35,749 nt of DNA from the IMG/VR virus record IMGVR_UViG_2541047865_000003; one strand, 5' to 3'. This DNA is from a virus. Its lineage: Duplodnaviria; Heunggongvirae; Uroviricota; Caudoviricetes. The translations under genes were made by a program, and so were the position numbers. Within the stretch, counting starts at the first letter, position 1; every line of letters starts with the position of its first letter. The notes below the pieces were generated by a model that had not been told where the DNA came from, searched no databases, and saw only the letters and a list, made by a program, of their open reading frames with translations. Below are positions 34,946 through 35,749 of the stretch, in pieces.

Positions 34946-35363
34946 GCAGCGTCTTATTCAACTCATTCATATTGCCCGCAGCGACCTCCAGATGGATGAG
35001 GACACCTACCGCCAGATGCTACAGGGGCTGACCGGCAAAGCCTCAACCAAAGGGATGGATACCCCACAGCTAAACCGCGTGCTGGAATCAATGAAAAAGA
35101 AAGGCTTTCGCATTAAGCCTGCCGGGAAAGCCAAGTCCGGCTTACCGCTCGACAGCCATCCGCAGTCAAAGAAAATCCGTGCGCTATGGCTTGAAATGGC
35201 TGCCGCAGGCATCGTCCGTGACAGTTCAGAGCAGGCGCTGGCGCTGTGGGTTAAACGGGAAACCGGCATCAGCGCGTTACGCTGGCTCAGCAATGAGCAG
35301 GCAAGTAGCGTGATTGAGAAACTGAAGAAGTGGCAGCGCAGAGCTGCGGGAGTGAAGCAATGA
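34935..35363 (+). CDS. GemA-like regulatory protein (Mu gp16 family)
   Basis: Start MMTKQRLIQLIHIARSDLQMDEDTYRQML…, preceded by an AAAGGAG RBS; located immediately before the Mor-like gene as in Mu. Confidence 0.55.
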   Translation: MMTKQRLIQLIHIARSDLQMDEDTYRQMLQGLTGKASTKGMDTPQLNRVLESMKKKGFRIKPAGKAKSGLPLDSHPQSKKIRALWLEMAAAGIVRDSSEQALALWVKRETGISALRWLSNEQASSVIEKLKKWQRRAAGVKQ

Positions 35364-35749
35364 GCGACCTGAATCAGTTTCGTAGTAAAGGGCCGGAACT
35401 GTTGGTGGAACTGGCACAGCATACCTCTGAGACTGTCCGCGAGATTATTGATATCGAACCCGCAGTTGCCGACCAGATTGGTCAGGCCGTCGCGAACCGC
35501 ATGATGCAGGTCTGGGGTGGGCAAAACGTCTATTTTCCGATGGGCATGGTCTGGAAGGTCAGCCAGCGCGACCGGGAAATTTTCCTGGAGTTTGACGGGC
35601 GCAACCATCACGAACTGGCCCGCAAATTTGGTGTTTCACTACAGTGGGTTTACAGCGTGGTGAAGCGGGTCAGAAAAGAAGAACTGGATCGGATGCAGGG
35701 CAAACTGTTTGATGGCGAACCTGATGCCGATACAGGGAAAAAGGAGTAA
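35360..35749 (+). CDS. Mor/C-family transcription activator (middle operon regulator-like)
   Basis: 129 aa from MSDLNQFRSKG…; C-terminal HTH (HELARKFGVSLQWVYSVVKRVRK) and central GGQNVYFP motif parallel Mu Mor (GGGQVYIP … NTVYKAIRR, from memory); ATGA overlap with the GemA-like stop. Confidence 0.65.
   Translation: MSDLNQFRSKGPELLVELAQHTSETVREIIDIEPAVADQIGQAVANRMMQVWGGQNVYFPMGMVWKVSQRDREIFLEFDGRNHHELARKFGVSLQWVYSVVKRVRKEELDRMQGKLFDGEPDADTGKKE

Larger units (their letters stand above)
1603..35749. mobile_element. Mu-like transposable prophage, partial (one end at ~1600-1603; other end beyond the window)
   Basis: Continuous phage gene content from gin to Mor, including DDE transposase A plus AAA+ ATPase B, Ner-like, GemA-like and Mor-like regulators, Mu-type head genes (DUF935-like portal, F, G, I, T) and Mu/P2-type contractile tail genes. 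Interrupts a host usher gene. Confidence 0.85.

Noticed and set aside
1-35749. CRISPR arrays, tRNA or rRNA genes
   Set aside because: No regularly spaced direct repeats and no tRNA-like structure seen by eye; none called.

Overview
The window holds the 5' part of a host chaperone-usher fimbrial usher gene (1..1602), cut off at codon ~533 by one end of a Mu-like transposable prophage that fills the rest of the window and continues past its 3' edge. The prophage has two divergent arms around an immunity centre. The late arm is on the minus strand (25780 down to 1678): holin-like protein, SLT-type endolysin, nested Rz/Rz1 spanins, terminase, portal, head genes, contractile sheath/tube, tape measure, baseplate, and a Gin-type invertible tail-fibre segment with gin next to the prophage end. 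The centre (26028..27825) carries a Dam-like methyltransferase, an AT-rich lipoprotein gene and an XRE-type repressor. The early arm is on the plus strand (27914..35749): Ner-like protein, DDE transposase A, AAA+ ATPase B, accessory genes (Com-like zinc ribbon, MazG-like), GemA-like and Mor-like regulators. All calls rest on reading the translated ORFs and the DNA by eye; no database search was possible. The best candidates for something undescribed are the lipoprotein downstream of the repressor and the Com-like/unknown-ORF/MazG-like cluster in the early arm; neither is demonstrated. My text-derived coordinates for non-ORF sites may be off by 1-2 nt.
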